This document shows positions 45,115-54,124 of a DNA stretch of 64,000 nt, one piece after another. Under the pieces are notes generated by a model. It was not told the origin of the DNA and did not search any database. It saw nothing but the letters and a program-made list of their open reading frames with translations. Every line of letters starts with the position of its first letter. Position 1 is the first letter of the stretch. This DNA is from a virus (Duplodnaviria; Caudoviricetes): IMG/VR virus record IMGVR_UViG_3300011989_000009, positions 28,786 to 92,785 of that record. One strand, written 5' to 3'. The position numbers were made by a program, and so were the translations under genes.

Positions 45115-45810
45115 ATGGATTACAGTTATGATTACGGCGCGCTGCAACGTTTTATGACAGTGCACAATCTTTCCAAACGTGACCTCTTAGAGGCTTTCAA
45201 CACCGCTGACTATGCCGGTGTCAACCGATGGCTGCAAGGGCGCACGCCCGTCCATCTCACAGCGATGCTGCGCTTCTGCAACTACTATTCCGTACCGCTG
45301 TCGTGGTTCATCCGTGACGATGACGATGACGCGGCGGTACACTTCACGCATACCGACGGCACCACCATCCGTGACCCTCGTGACGGCTACGGCCATGGTA
45401 CGGCGGCAAAGGTGGTGAGCAACCCACATATCACGGAGCGGAAGATAGGCAGCAAACGCCAACAGGCGGCTGTCGAGGAAGGATTGCAAAGACAGAGAAA
45501 AGAAAAGGGCGAGACGGCCATGGAGGAGACCGCCCCGCCCAGTGCGTCGAACGGGCAGCAAAACGACGCGGGCATCAGTAATGAGAATATAATGTTGGAA
45601 TTAAAGCATTCGCAGGAGATTATCAAACTGGAGCGAGAGCACCACGAACGGGAGAATCAGATCCGCCGGGATTGTCAGGCTTCCTTCGATGCGGAACGCA
45701 ACCGCCTCATGGATATTATCGAGCGGCAGAGTGCGGAACTGGCCAAACTCTATCAGCGGCAAAGCTATGACGCTGACAATGCGATGGTGGCGGAAGACAA
45801 GCCTATTTAG
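45115..45810 (+). CDS. XRE-type HTH transcriptional regulator (putative repressor)
   Basis: LSKRDLLEAF...GVNRWLQGRTPVHLTAMLRFCNYYSVPLSWF; C-terminal coiled coil. Confidence 0.7.
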   Translation: MDYSYDYGALQRFMTVHNLSKRDLLEAFNTADYAGVNRWLQGRTPVHLTAMLRFCNYYSVPLSWFIRDDDDDAAVHFTHTDGTTIRDPRDGYGHGTAAKVVSNPHITERKIGSKRQQAAVEEGLQRQRKEKGETAMEETAPPSASNGQQNDAGISNENIMLELKHSQEIIKLEREHHERENQIRRDCQASFDAERNRLMDIIERQSAELAKLYQRQSYDADNAMVAEDKPI

Positions 45811-46699
45811 CTCCTTCCATGAAGGCGCGATAGGCCTCGTCGTCCATCTGCTGCTGAGCCCTGGCATTCTCTAACTGAGTGGCATAGACCGAAGGCAGGA
45901 TGAGATGCAGACCCTCGGCCTTGCACTCTTTGATAACGCGCAGGTAGTAGGTATCGCGGTAGATGAAGAAGGTCGGAGTCTCTCGCATCAGCACCGGCGC
46001 TTTACCCTTGCTGGCGTCTGACACGGCATCCTCGATGCCGAGGATGGCAAAAAGCCATTCCGCCTGCACGGTAGGCAACTGCTCACGCGTCTTCTCCATA
46101 TAGACAGCCTCATGCAGGGCGCGTGGGGCTACCTGCCGTTTCTTATTCCCGTCACGCCGACGTGTCTCGGACTGACGGTAGTCGGTATCGTCACTGCCAA
46201 CGAAATGAATGAAGGGCACAAAGGCGTAGTACTGAAAGTGCTCTTCCACGAGTTTTTTGTCTGCTTCCTCGTCGGAAGAGGGTGTCTTTCCCATGGCCTT
46301 CAACCAATATCGCAATGGCTTCATCAGCTTGGCTTCCTTCCAGGTGAAGCGTTCCTTGCTGAACAGCATGTTCCACTTATCCGATGGTTGCATCCGATGG
46401 TCGGGAATACACATGATCTCGTGTTGCGCTACGCAATTCGGCTCGTAGCACACCACCCCATCGGCATCGGTCAGACGCTTGCGCCAAACAAGCGGGTCAG
46501 GCTCTTTGTCAAAAGAGACATATTCCACGCCACCACCGAAATATTCCACCGGCTGCACGTAACTGGTAGCACCGGCTTTTTGCGCATATTGCTCAGCGCG
46601 CTCCTGCGCTTTCTCATAGGCACGCCAGAACTCGGTAAGATGACGGCCTACCTTGCTGTGCACGTCGCACCGATAATAGAAATATGTTTTTTCTACCAT
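45803..46699 (-). CDS. Hypothetical protein
   Basis: 298-aa ORF with own promoter element (TATCTTTG 46776-46783). Confidence 0.7.
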   Translation of the reverse strand: MVEKTYFYYRCDVHSKVGRHLTEFWRAYEKAQERAEQYAQKAGATSYVQPVEYFGGGVEYVSFDKEPDPLVWRKRLTDADGVVCYEPNCVAQHEIMCIPDHRMQPSDKWNMLFSKERFTWKEAKLMKPLRYWLKAMGKTPSSDEEADKKLVEEHFQYYAFVPFIHFVGSDDTDYRQSETRRRDGNKKRQVAPRALHEAVYMEKTREQLPTVQAEWLFAILGIEDAVSDASKGKAPVLMRETPTFFIYRDTYYLRVIKECKAEGLHLILPSVYATQLENARAQQQMDDEAYRAFMEGAK

Positions 46700-46909
46700 T
46701 GTTCAGAGATTGTTTTTCTTGTAAACGCTATGCGGTATCAGCACTCTGCGGACTTCTGTACCGCAAATCTGAGTGCAAAGATAAAACGAATTTTCCTAAA
46801 AATCTCATATCATCTTAAATATTTTCTCGATTTGACAAAATAAAATTAAGTTCATCTTTGTTTTATTCGCTTCTTTTCTGTAATTTTGCGGCTAAACCAA
46901 AGATAAACT

Positions 46910-47233
46910 ATGGGTCAAAAAAGAAAAAATACCGACGAGGACGAAGAGAAAAAGGGTCCGTCCCTTGAAGATTTCGTCGTCCACGAAAAAATCAAGGCGT
47001 TCATCGACGCTTACATGCCGACGGACACGGAACGCATGGCTTCTGAGGTCTTCGACGATGCACGCCTACGTACCTTCTTCAAAGCCTATCCCTGCTCGTT
47101 AGGTGATCCGCTGACCATCATCTTGTCTTACCTCACTGCTGCCGGATTCCAGATGCGCGTCTCCGACAACGGCGAACCCGCCATTTTTGTCATCAACAAA
47201 GAGAGCGGACTACATCTACTGGAAAGCGTATGA
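46910..47233 (+). CDS. Hypothetical protein
   Basis: 107 aa; TAATTTTG promoter element at 46881. Confidence 0.7.
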   Translation: MGQKRKNTDEDEEKKGPSLEDFVVHEKIKAFIDAYMPTDTERMASEVFDDARLRTFFKAYPCSLGDPLTIILSYLTAAGFQMRVSDNGEPAIFVINKESGLHLLESV

Positions 47234-48003
47234 AAGATTTATTTGATATGGATCCCGTTGCGCAATATGATAAAAGCGTACACGCAAAAAACGGCAGAGC
47301 GAGAGTCTTCAAGACGCTTGGAGCCAGCAATCACACCGAACAAGACAGAGGAGCTTTCGATTATTATGCTACGGAACCAAAAGCTACGGAACTGTTATTG
47401 AAATTAGAACATTTCAACAATAACATTCTTGAACCATGCTGTGGAGAAGGGCATATTAGTGAAGTACTGAAACGGGGGAGACTGTCCGAGAACTCCCGAA
47501 GAGGTGTCAAACTGTCATCAGAACATAGTTCTTTGAAGAAGTGTGCACCTTGCGTTAAATCGAACGTTTTACGATCAACAATTAAGCCGCAATCTAGTTC
47601 TCGGACGGCCTGGGGGGGGTATCACGTTACATCACGTGACCTTATCAATCACGGATATGGTGAACAAGCTGACTTTCTTGATATGGCCAACACAGAATGG
47701 AACGGAGATATTATCACCAATCCACCTTATGCACTGGCTAAAGAGTTTGTTGAAAAAGCGATAAGAATCATACCACGAGGGAACAAAGTAGCTATGTTTC
47801 TCAAACTCACATTCCTTGAAGGAAAGCAAAGACGTGAACTTTTCCGGATTTTTCCTCCTATCCGTGTATGGGTGTCTTCCTCCCGTCTTGCGTGCGCCAT
47901 GAATGGAGACTTTGAAAAATACTCCGGTTCTGCTACCGCCTACGCATGGTTCATTTGGCAAAAGGGATTTAAAGGCGACCCAATTATAAAATGGTTTAAT
48001 TAA
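47230..48003 (+). CDS. Amino (N6A/N4C) DNA methyltransferase with in-frame 46-codon insertion and G8 tract
   Basis: DYYATE, motif I ILEPCCGEG, motif IV IITNPPY, LKLTFLEG. Confidence 0.88.
   Translation: MKDLFDMDPVAQYDKSVHAKNGRARVFKTLGASNHTEQDRGAFDYYATEPKATELLLKLEHFNNNILEPCCGEGHISEVLKRGRLSENSRRGVKLSSEHSSLKKCAPCVKSNVLRSTIKPQSSSRTAWGGYHVTSRDLINHGYGEQADFLDMANTEWNGDIITNPPYALAKEFVEKAIRIIPRGNKVAMFLKLTFLEGKQRRELFRIFPPIRVWVSSSRLACAMNGDFEKYSGSATAYAWFIWQKGFKGDPIIKWFN
47479..47611. mobile_element. 133-bp MITE-like insertion
   Basis: Ends AGACTGTCCGAGAACT and AGTTCTCGGACGGCCT (14/16 inverted match), flanked by GGGGG on both sides (5-bp target duplication). Confidence 0.75.
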
Positions 48004-48029
48004 TTCATCATTTCATCAATTCATCAATT

Positions 48030-48941
48030 ATGGAGATTATCAATCCGAGCGTAGAGTTGTGGACGGAAGAAAATGTTTCCGCCGCACAGCACATTGCGCG
48101 ATGCGCAAGAGTTTGTTATGGACATGAAGGCGAGGGGAAAGACCCTCAGAAACTTGTAGACGGACTGATGAAGTCCGGACACGTGAGTATGTTGCGGCAC
48201 GCCAGCCGGTACTTCTGTTACAAGGATGTCGACGTGCACCATGAGTCACGCTACTACAGCATCTGCCCATACAACACCGTAGTCAACTTCGACCAAGCAA
48301 ACGCTTTTCGCCATCAAACCATCTGGTTGTCGACGAACGAACAGGAGTTCAAACTCTCAAAAAACTTCTTCTACGACACGGACTACGCTCAGGAGATGAA
48401 GTTAGAGGACGTATTAGAGAACGCTAAGGTACACCCTGAACTCTTCGACATCGTACGACTAACCTTCTGCCTGACAACACAAATCGGTACGGCACGAGAG
48501 CTCAACCGCACATCACCGAATAATATCGCCGAGCGGAGCACACGCTACTGCAAGAGCGGTGAGAACATCGTCATCTGCAAACCATGGTGGTATGATGACG
48601 ACTTCATGCACGAGTTGCGGGAAGGTGAGGATAAGAGCGAGCGGGAGCGTGACATCTGCAAGCATCTCGCCTACCAGCACGCCATGGACAGCGCATCACA
48701 TTATTACAATCAACTGCTCGAATACGGCATGAAGCCGGAGGATGCACGCGGTGCCATCCCCCTCGACGCGGCAACAAAGGTCGTCTACACCTATTCCGTC
48801 CGTGAGTGGCGTCACATCATCGACCTGCGCTACTACGAGAAGACGGGTAAGGCACATCCCAACGCCAAGCTCATCATGGGCATGGTGCGCAAGGAAATCA
48901 ACGCCTTTGCCGAGAAAAATAATATATCAGCTACGGTTTGA
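48030..48941 (+). CDS. thyX: FAD-dependent thymidylate synthase
   Basis: ARCARVCY, GHVSMLRH, RELNR.......ERSTRY, PEDARGAIP, WRHIIDLR, AHP. Confidence 0.88.
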   Translation: MEIINPSVELWTEENVSAAQHIARCARVCYGHEGEGKDPQKLVDGLMKSGHVSMLRHASRYFCYKDVDVHHESRYYSICPYNTVVNFDQANAFRHQTIWLSTNEQEFKLSKNFFYDTDYAQEMKLEDVLENAKVHPELFDIVRLTFCLTTQIGTARELNRTSPNNIAERSTRYCKSGENIVICKPWWYDDDFMHELREGEDKSERERDICKHLAYQHAMDSASHYYNQLLEYGMKPEDARGAIPLDAATKVVYTYSVREWRHIIDLRYYEKTGKAHPNAKLIMGMVRKEINAFAEKNNISATV

Positions 48942-48945
48942 CATC

Positions 48946-50031
48946 ATGCCAAGAAAATGGAAAAACTACGGAATCCCCTACCGGGGAAGTAAAAACAAGG
49001 TGATCACATGGCTCGGTGAAAATCTTCCACCGGGCGACACCTTCGTAGACTTATTCTGCGGTGGCTGTTCCGTAACGCACTACATGATGACACAAGGAAG
49101 ATACCGGCGTTATGTCATCAACGACATCAACCCTATGTTACCAAAAGCCTACGACATGGCCATCCACGGCGGTTTCCACGATGAAAACCGATGGATCAGC
49201 CGTGAGGACTTCTTTCAATTAAGAGATTCAGACCCGTATGCCGCCATCTGCTTCTCCTTCGGAAACAACCTCACCGACTACATGTATGCCCAACCACTGG
49301 AGCCTTATAAGCGTGCGTGTCACTATGCTGTTGTATTCGACGAATGGAACGAACTACAACGGCTCTGCCCGGAAGTCGCCGACAGTGCTTATGCCGCTCT
49401 CAAAGGCGTCCATGACCGCCACCTCAGACGACTACGCTTCGGTCCTGCTATCATCAGAAAGCTGAAAGCCATCGGCGACGCATCACTCATCGACAGCAAC
49501 CCCCTCTACCGTTCCTGCCACACACGCAAAAGCACAAAGACACGACCGAAAGGACAAATCTGCGACCATGGCAGTTTGCAAAATCTGGAAAGACTGGAAA
49601 GACTGCAAAGTTTAGAAAGTCTACAAAGTTTAGAAAGTTTAGAAAGGTTAGAAAATTTAGAAAGGTTAGAAAGGCTGGCTGCCATTCAGAATATAGGAGT
49701 GGGGGAGGTATCGTTAATAACTCATATCGGCGACCACCGAAGTGTTCCTATCCCGCCCCACTCCACCGTCTATTGCGACATTCCGTATATTCAGACAGGC
49801 GCGGAGTATTGTGAGGGGTTCAACCATCAGGAGTTTTACGAATGGGCACTAAGCCGTCCTTATCCCGTCTTCGTCAGCGAGTACACGATGCCGGACGAAT
49901 TTGCCTGCATCGGTGAGTGTAGACGTTCGGACTCTATGGCGGCAACGACAACAGTGCGGCGCGTAGAAAAGCTCTTCGTACAACGTCAATATGCCGACCG
50001 TTTTCGTCGTTCACTCTTTGCTTTCGGCTGA
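48946..50031 (+). CDS. DNA adenine methyltransferase (Dam/D12 class)
   Basis: PYRGSK, DLFCGG, INDIN, YCDIPY, FVSEY; start at ATG 48946. Confidence 0.88.
   Translation: MPRKWKNYGIPYRGSKNKVITWLGENLPPGDTFVDLFCGGCSVTHYMMTQGRYRRYVINDINPMLPKAYDMAIHGGFHDENRWISREDFFQLRDSDPYAAICFSFGNNLTDYMYAQPLEPYKRACHYAVVFDEWNELQRLCPEVADSAYAALKGVHDRHLRRLRFGPAIIRKLKAIGDASLIDSNPLYRSCHTRKSTKTRPKGQICDHGSLQNLERLERLQSLESLQSLESLERLENLERLERLAAIQNIGVGEVSLITHIGDHRSVPIPPHSTVYCDIPYIQTGAEYCEGFNHQEFYEWALSRPYPVFVSEYTMPDEFACIGECRRSDSMAATTTVRRVEKLFVQRQYADRFRRSLFAFG
49572..49677 (+). repeat. 9-bp in-frame microsatellite (L-E/Q-R/S/N x ~11) inside the Dam-like gene
   Basis: SLQNLERLERLQSLESLQSLESLERLENLERLERL. Confidence 0.9.
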
Positions 50032-50259
50032 GCCTTGTGGCAGCGTCGATATATGCCATTTGTGACAGATAGGACACTCATAGACGCTGCAAAGCTCAGG
50101 GTTGCGATAACGGGAATAGAGAAAGTTACGGGCACTGGCCTCGTTGTCGAAGGCCATCTTAGGTTTCCAAGAGTGGCTGCGCTCCTTATAGGCATAGTGC
50201 TCGCGGGGGAGAAGTGCATGAGGACGCGGGCGACGGTCGTGACGGTTGTACTGCTTCAT
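50011..50259 (-). CDS. Small Zn-ribbon protein
   Basis: YECPICHKWHIST motif. Confidence 0.65.
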   Translation of the reverse strand: MKQYNRHDRRPRPHALLPREHYAYKERSHSWKPKMAFDNEASARNFLYSRYRNPELCSVYECPICHKWHISTLPQGSAESKE

Positions 50260-50269
50260 AGGTGTTTTA

Positions 50270-50953
50270 TCATTTCTTCTGTTGCAATTTCTTGAATCCT
50301 TGTAAAATCTTCAAAAGGAAAGTTTTTATTAACGGCCAGAAAACATAAACAAGATAGCCGATGGCGGCAAAGAAGGCGATGCGGAGAATATCATTCACAG
50401 CGTCTGTGACCCTTGTCCACCATGATTTCTTCTTTGATACCGCCGCACCCGTCAGCTCATGGGTCGCGGCGGTATCTTTTTTATGATACAACAGACTATC
50501 GATATTCAGCGCTGACACCTCCGTAGCTTCCGTATGATGAGAGACGACCGATTGCTGCGACGCAACGACATTCTGCTGTTGAGAAGCCTGACGCAAGCCT
50601 GTCGTCACACGATGGGTCTTGCGCTGCTCGTGGCGCACACTGCGGCCCAGGGAATCCGTCGTCGTCGTAATATCCTCGGTAATGGTCTCGTCGATACGAA
50701 CAGAATCGTTGGCATAGGACACCACAGAATTGACGTGAGACGCAACAGTTGTGGCACTATCCGCCACCACTACCCTACTGCTGTCATGCCGCTGCGTAAC
50801 GACGCGCGATGAGTCCACGGCATGAGCCGACACGACATCCATCGACTTATGCGTGGCGCAACCCGACATCAGCCAAAGCATCATGCCCAGCAAAGGGCAC
50901 ATCAGCCACACGTAGACATTGAAATTAAAATTGTAATTGCAGTTCTCATTCAT
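50270..50953 (-). CDS. Lipoprotein with C-terminal TM segment (candidate unimolecular spanin)
   Basis: Lipobox LMSGC after a hydrophobic stretch; C-terminal TM ILRIAFFAAIGYLVYVFW; late-type promoter at 50983-51017. Confidence 0.6.
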   Translation of the reverse strand: MNENCNYNFNFNVYVWLMCPLLGMMLWLMSGCATHKSMDVVSAHAVDSSRVVTQRHDSSRVVVADSATTVASHVNSVVSYANDSVRIDETITEDITTTTDSLGRSVRHEQRKTHRVTTGLRQASQQQNVVASQQSVVSHHTEATEVSALNIDSLLYHKKDTAATHELTGAAVSKKKSWWTRVTDAVNDILRIAFFAAIGYLVYVFWPLIKTFLLKILQGFKKLQQKK

Positions 50954-51017
50954 AGAAAAAGCGTATCTTTAAGTTCACTACTCAAAGGTACGCTTTTTCT
51001 CTGTCGAATGACGGACA

Positions 51018-52328
51018 TCACACCTTGCGGTAATGCCCGTAGACGTTCTGATAAGTCTGCCCAAAGGATTTATAGCACAAACGCATAAACTCCCGGAAGG
51101 CACACTGATTCTTCTTTACCGTCATATAATCCCCTTCCGTGGCAAAAAGCACATGGAAGCAAGTTCCTGCCTCGTCACTGCCTACATTCAGGAACCGGCA
51201 ACGGGAGAGCGCTTCTTTCAACGGTCCCTTATACGCGTCGACGAGATGCTGCCAGTCCTGCCGTCCCATCTCCTGCCGTGACTTCGGGTCGGCGGCAAAG
51301 AGATCCTGCTCCACGGCCTGCGGTGTCTTGCCCTTGCTCTTGGTGCGCTCCTTGCCCAACTCTGAGGGATAGACGGTAAACTCCAGTTCGTCCGGCAACC
51401 CCCGTTTCTTCGTACCCTTATAGAGCGGACGATAACGGAAGGTAAACTCCGTGTCGTTGATGAGTGCCAGACGGTCAAGGTCACGCTGAGCAGGGTTAAG
51501 GACATAGTTGCAATAGTCGTTCCACCGCGGGTATTTCTCCGTCACCGCCTCCATATCCGTGACATCATTATAACTGACGATATAGTGTCCCGTAGCCCGT
51601 TTCACGTCGAGGACCGACACACGGAACTTATTGCTGTGGAAGACAAAAATCTTCGTCTTGATAAAGATATATATCTTCGACGCGGCATCTGTCTTGCTAT
51701 ATTTTGCGATCCTTGCCAGGTGCTCCACAAAGCCGTGGTTCATGTCGAAGATGACACCCGCCACATAGGGATTGATTTTGAAATCAACATACCCCGCCTT
51801 GTAGTTCACGCTCTCCACCCAGTTACCCGTCTGCTTGTCAACAAACGAAAAGCTGGTGTCGAGCTCCGGAATCACAATTTGACTGAACACCGGCGTGAGT
51901 TTCAACACCTGCTTTCTCACCGGCTGCCCCTTCTTGTCAAGAAGCGGATGTCCGTCGGCATCCGTCATCTGCTCTACCGATTTGGTACGGATAGACAAGT
52001 CACGAATATCTTTCAACGCTTCCACCAACCGGCCATAGTGATATTTGTCTACGAGGTCACTGAGCATCAGGCGCACGGGCGGAATGCCACTGCGGATGAC
52101 ATCATCAGGAATGGCGGGGTTCGGGGTCTTGTCAAGCTGGTCACGGCCATCATTGAAGAAACCCTCAATATAGTTCTGCATCCGCTGACTGACCATAAAC
52201 ATCACGTCCTGCTGCATCCGGTTGAGTGTCGCTACCTGCTGTGCATAGACTACGGGTGTCTTGATCCAACGGCTCTTATCCAGGTCACGCGGGGTGACAG
52301 GCTGTTGTTTTTTGCTTTTTTCTGTCAT
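51018..52328 (-). CDS. Plasmid-type replication initiator (Rep_3/RepB-like)
   Basis: Winged-helix initiator pattern (LKDIRDLSI..., GYVDFKIN, KIYIFI, KYPRWNDY..YVLNPAQRDL..., FTFRY); iterons directly upstream; start at ATG 52328. Confidence 0.8.
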   Translation of the reverse strand: MTEKSKKQQPVTPRDLDKSRWIKTPVVYAQQVATLNRMQQDVMFMVSQRMQNYIEGFFNDGRDQLDKTPNPAIPDDVIRSGIPPVRLMLSDLVDKYHYGRLVEALKDIRDLSIRTKSVEQMTDADGHPLLDKKGQPVRKQVLKLTPVFSQIVIPELDTSFSFVDKQTGNWVESVNYKAGYVDFKINPYVAGVIFDMNHGFVEHLARIAKYSKTDAASKIYIFIKTKIFVFHSNKFRVSVLDVKRATGHYIVSYNDVTDMEAVTEKYPRWNDYCNYVLNPAQRDLDRLALINDTEFTFRYRPLYKGTKKRGLPDELEFTVYPSELGKERTKSKGKTPQAVEQDLFAADPKSRQEMGRQDWQHLVDAYKGPLKEALSRCRFLNVGSDEAGTCFHVLFATEGDYMTVKKNQCAFREFMRLCYKSFGQTYQNVYGHYRKV

Positions 52329-52344
52329 AACAACAATGATTGTA

Positions 52345-52680
52345 GGGGTGTTACCAATCCTTCGTAAAAGTGTTACCAATGTTTCGTAAAACTGTTACCA
52401 ACCCTTCGTAAAACTGTTACCAACCCTTCGTAAAACTCGATTGTAACTCACTGACTGACAATACTTTCTTATTGAGCAACTTACAACCTGCAACCTACAA
52501 CCTTCTTTTTCTTTATAAAGAGAGTTGAAGGTTATAGGTTGTATGTTGCTCTTTTCGTCTGTATTGATAATCAGAAAGTTACGCATAAGTTTTACGAAGG
52601 GTTGGTAACACTTTTACGAAAGGTTGGTAACACTTTTACGAAGGGTTGGTAACACTTTTACGAAGACTTGGTAACACCCC
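52345..52680. repeat. Plasmid origin: 4 direct + 4 inverted 22-bp iterons around an AT-rich spacer
   Basis: (G/C)TGTTACCAA(C/T)(C/G)(C/T)TTCGTAAAA at 52348, 52370, 52392 and 52414; inverted copies at 52590, 52612, 52634 and 52656. Confidence 0.9.
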
Positions 52681-52691
52681 TTTGTGAGACA

Positions 52692-53057
52692 TCATTCTTT
52701 GAGCCCCAACTGCTGATAACGCTGTTCCACATAGGCGTTGAGCGCATCCAGCATCATCTGTCCGATGGACGTATGTTTCTCGTCCATCACACGGATCATG
52801 TTCAGCTTGGCATAGAGTGAGAGCGGTGCCCGTGTCTGAATGACCTTTGTCTTCGCCTCCTGCAAACGCTCGGAAGAGAAGACCGTCGGCGCCTTCTCTG
52901 CTCCCCTACCCGACTGCTTCTTTGTAGCGGTAACACGCGCTGCCGTCTCACTCTCCTGCTCACGCTGACGCGCCAACTCTGCGTTCTGTGCCTCCGTGTC
53001 GAGAATGGCAGCGGAAGACACTACCATGTTCTTACGTTTTCTATCCTTGAAGTTCAT
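52692..53057 (-). CDS. Putative partition adaptor (type Ib, ribbon-helix-helix-like)
   Basis: ATGA-coupled to parA; flexible N-terminus, C-terminal strand-helix-helix KVIQTRAPLSLYAKL...SIGQMMLDAL. Confidence 0.6.
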   Translation of the reverse strand: MNFKDRKRKNMVVSSAAILDTEAQNAELARQREQESETAARVTATKKQSGRGAEKAPTVFSSERLQEAKTKVIQTRAPLSLYAKLNMIRVMDEKHTSIGQMMLDALNAYVEQRYQQLGLKE

Positions 53058-53929
53058 GCGACATCCTCCTCATTTTGTGTAGCCAACAATTCATCGACAA
53101 ACTCGCCATAGTCCTTTGCCGCCGTGCAATCCGGGGCATAGGTGAAAATATCCTCATGCTGATACTGACTCTCCCCAATCTTCACCGTCTGCCGGATGCG
53201 GGTCTGGAAAACGTCGGCCTCGTAGGTCTCCCGCAAATAGTCGATGGTGTCACGGGCGATATTCGTCCGTTCGTCGGCCATGACGATGAGCAAGCCACGC
53301 ATACGAAGATCGTGATTGAGCTTCTTATGCACCTGCTTGTAAGCATCAATCATCCTGCCGATACCGTCAACAGACAGCGAACCGAGCTGTACGGGGATGA
53401 CAACACCCGACGCGGCACCCAGCGCGTTGTAGGTAAGCTCTGACAAGGCAGGAGCACAATCTATCAATACGTAGTCGAAGACATCCTCTACATAGCGTGT
53501 CTCTACCGCCTCGGACAGCGCAGGCGCATGAAGATAAAGGTTATCCATATCCAAAAACTCATTACCCAGCAAGGAAGCCAGCACGAGCTTCGACTGCATC
53601 TGCCGGTGCAAGTCCGGCTCGATGTCGGAAAGGAAGGAAGATGCGGGAACATAATAGAGTCCTTTGCTACTCTCATAGACAGGCAAGCTGTTGTCATCGC
53701 CATTACGCAAGGCTTCTGCAATGGTCGTCGCCACGGCACCAATCCGCCGCCGTTTCTCCACCCAACCCAGAAGGGACGATAGATTTCCCTGCGGGTCGAG
53801 GTCAATACACAAGATACGCAAATCAGAATTTTTTAACAACAAACCTGCTGCCACATTCTGCACGGTGGTCGTCTTTGCCACACCACCTTTATTGTTGGCA
53901 AATGCCAAAACTTCTTTGAGTCTGCTCAT
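53054..53929 (-). CDS. parA: ParA family partition ATPase
   Basis: NNKGGVAKTT, IDLDPQGN, DYVLIDCAP; no N-terminal HTH (type Ib). Confidence 0.93.
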   Translation of the reverse strand: MSRLKEVLAFANNKGGVAKTTTVQNVAAGLLLKNSDLRILCIDLDPQGNLSSLLGWVEKRRRIGAVATTIAEALRNGDDNSLPVYESSKGLYYVPASSFLSDIEPDLHRQMQSKLVLASLLGNEFLDMDNLYLHAPALSEAVETRYVEDVFDYVLIDCAPALSELTYNALGAASGVVIPVQLGSLSVDGIGRMIDAYKQVHKKLNHDLRMRGLLIVMADERTNIARDTIDYLRETYEADVFQTRIRQTVKIGESQYQHEDIFTYAPDCTAAKDYGEFVDELLATQNEEDVA

Positions 53930-53953
53930 AACACTATTCTTAAAGATTTAATT

Positions 53954-54055
53954 TCATGTACATTGATGATTTGATGATTTCATCATTTGATGTTTTCATG
54001 ACTTCATCATTTGATGATTTCATGGTTTCATCATTTGATGATTTCATCAATCATC
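53954..54055. promoter_or_regulatory. Octamer (TTGATGA[A/T]) array between the parA promoter and start: candidate centromere/operator
   Basis: About 12 direct and inverted 8-bp units; promoter TAACTTTG at 54060-54067 with TTTG at 54088-54091 (minus strand). Confidence 0.7.
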
Positions 54056-54124
54056 GGTGCAAAGTTACGGAAAAAGCGAATAAGTACCAAATGTTTTGCA
54101 GATTTTTTTTAGGAAAAAGCGAAA

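Noticed and set aside
47474-47619. Intein or intron in the adenine methylase
   Set aside because: Too short and lacks intein terminal residues; terminal inverted repeats and a target duplication fit a MITE.
52345-52680. Protelomerase (telRL) site of a linear phage-plasmid
   Set aside because: The inverted arms are iteron arrays separated by a ~150-bp spacer, not a perfect palindrome, and no protelomerase gene is in the window.
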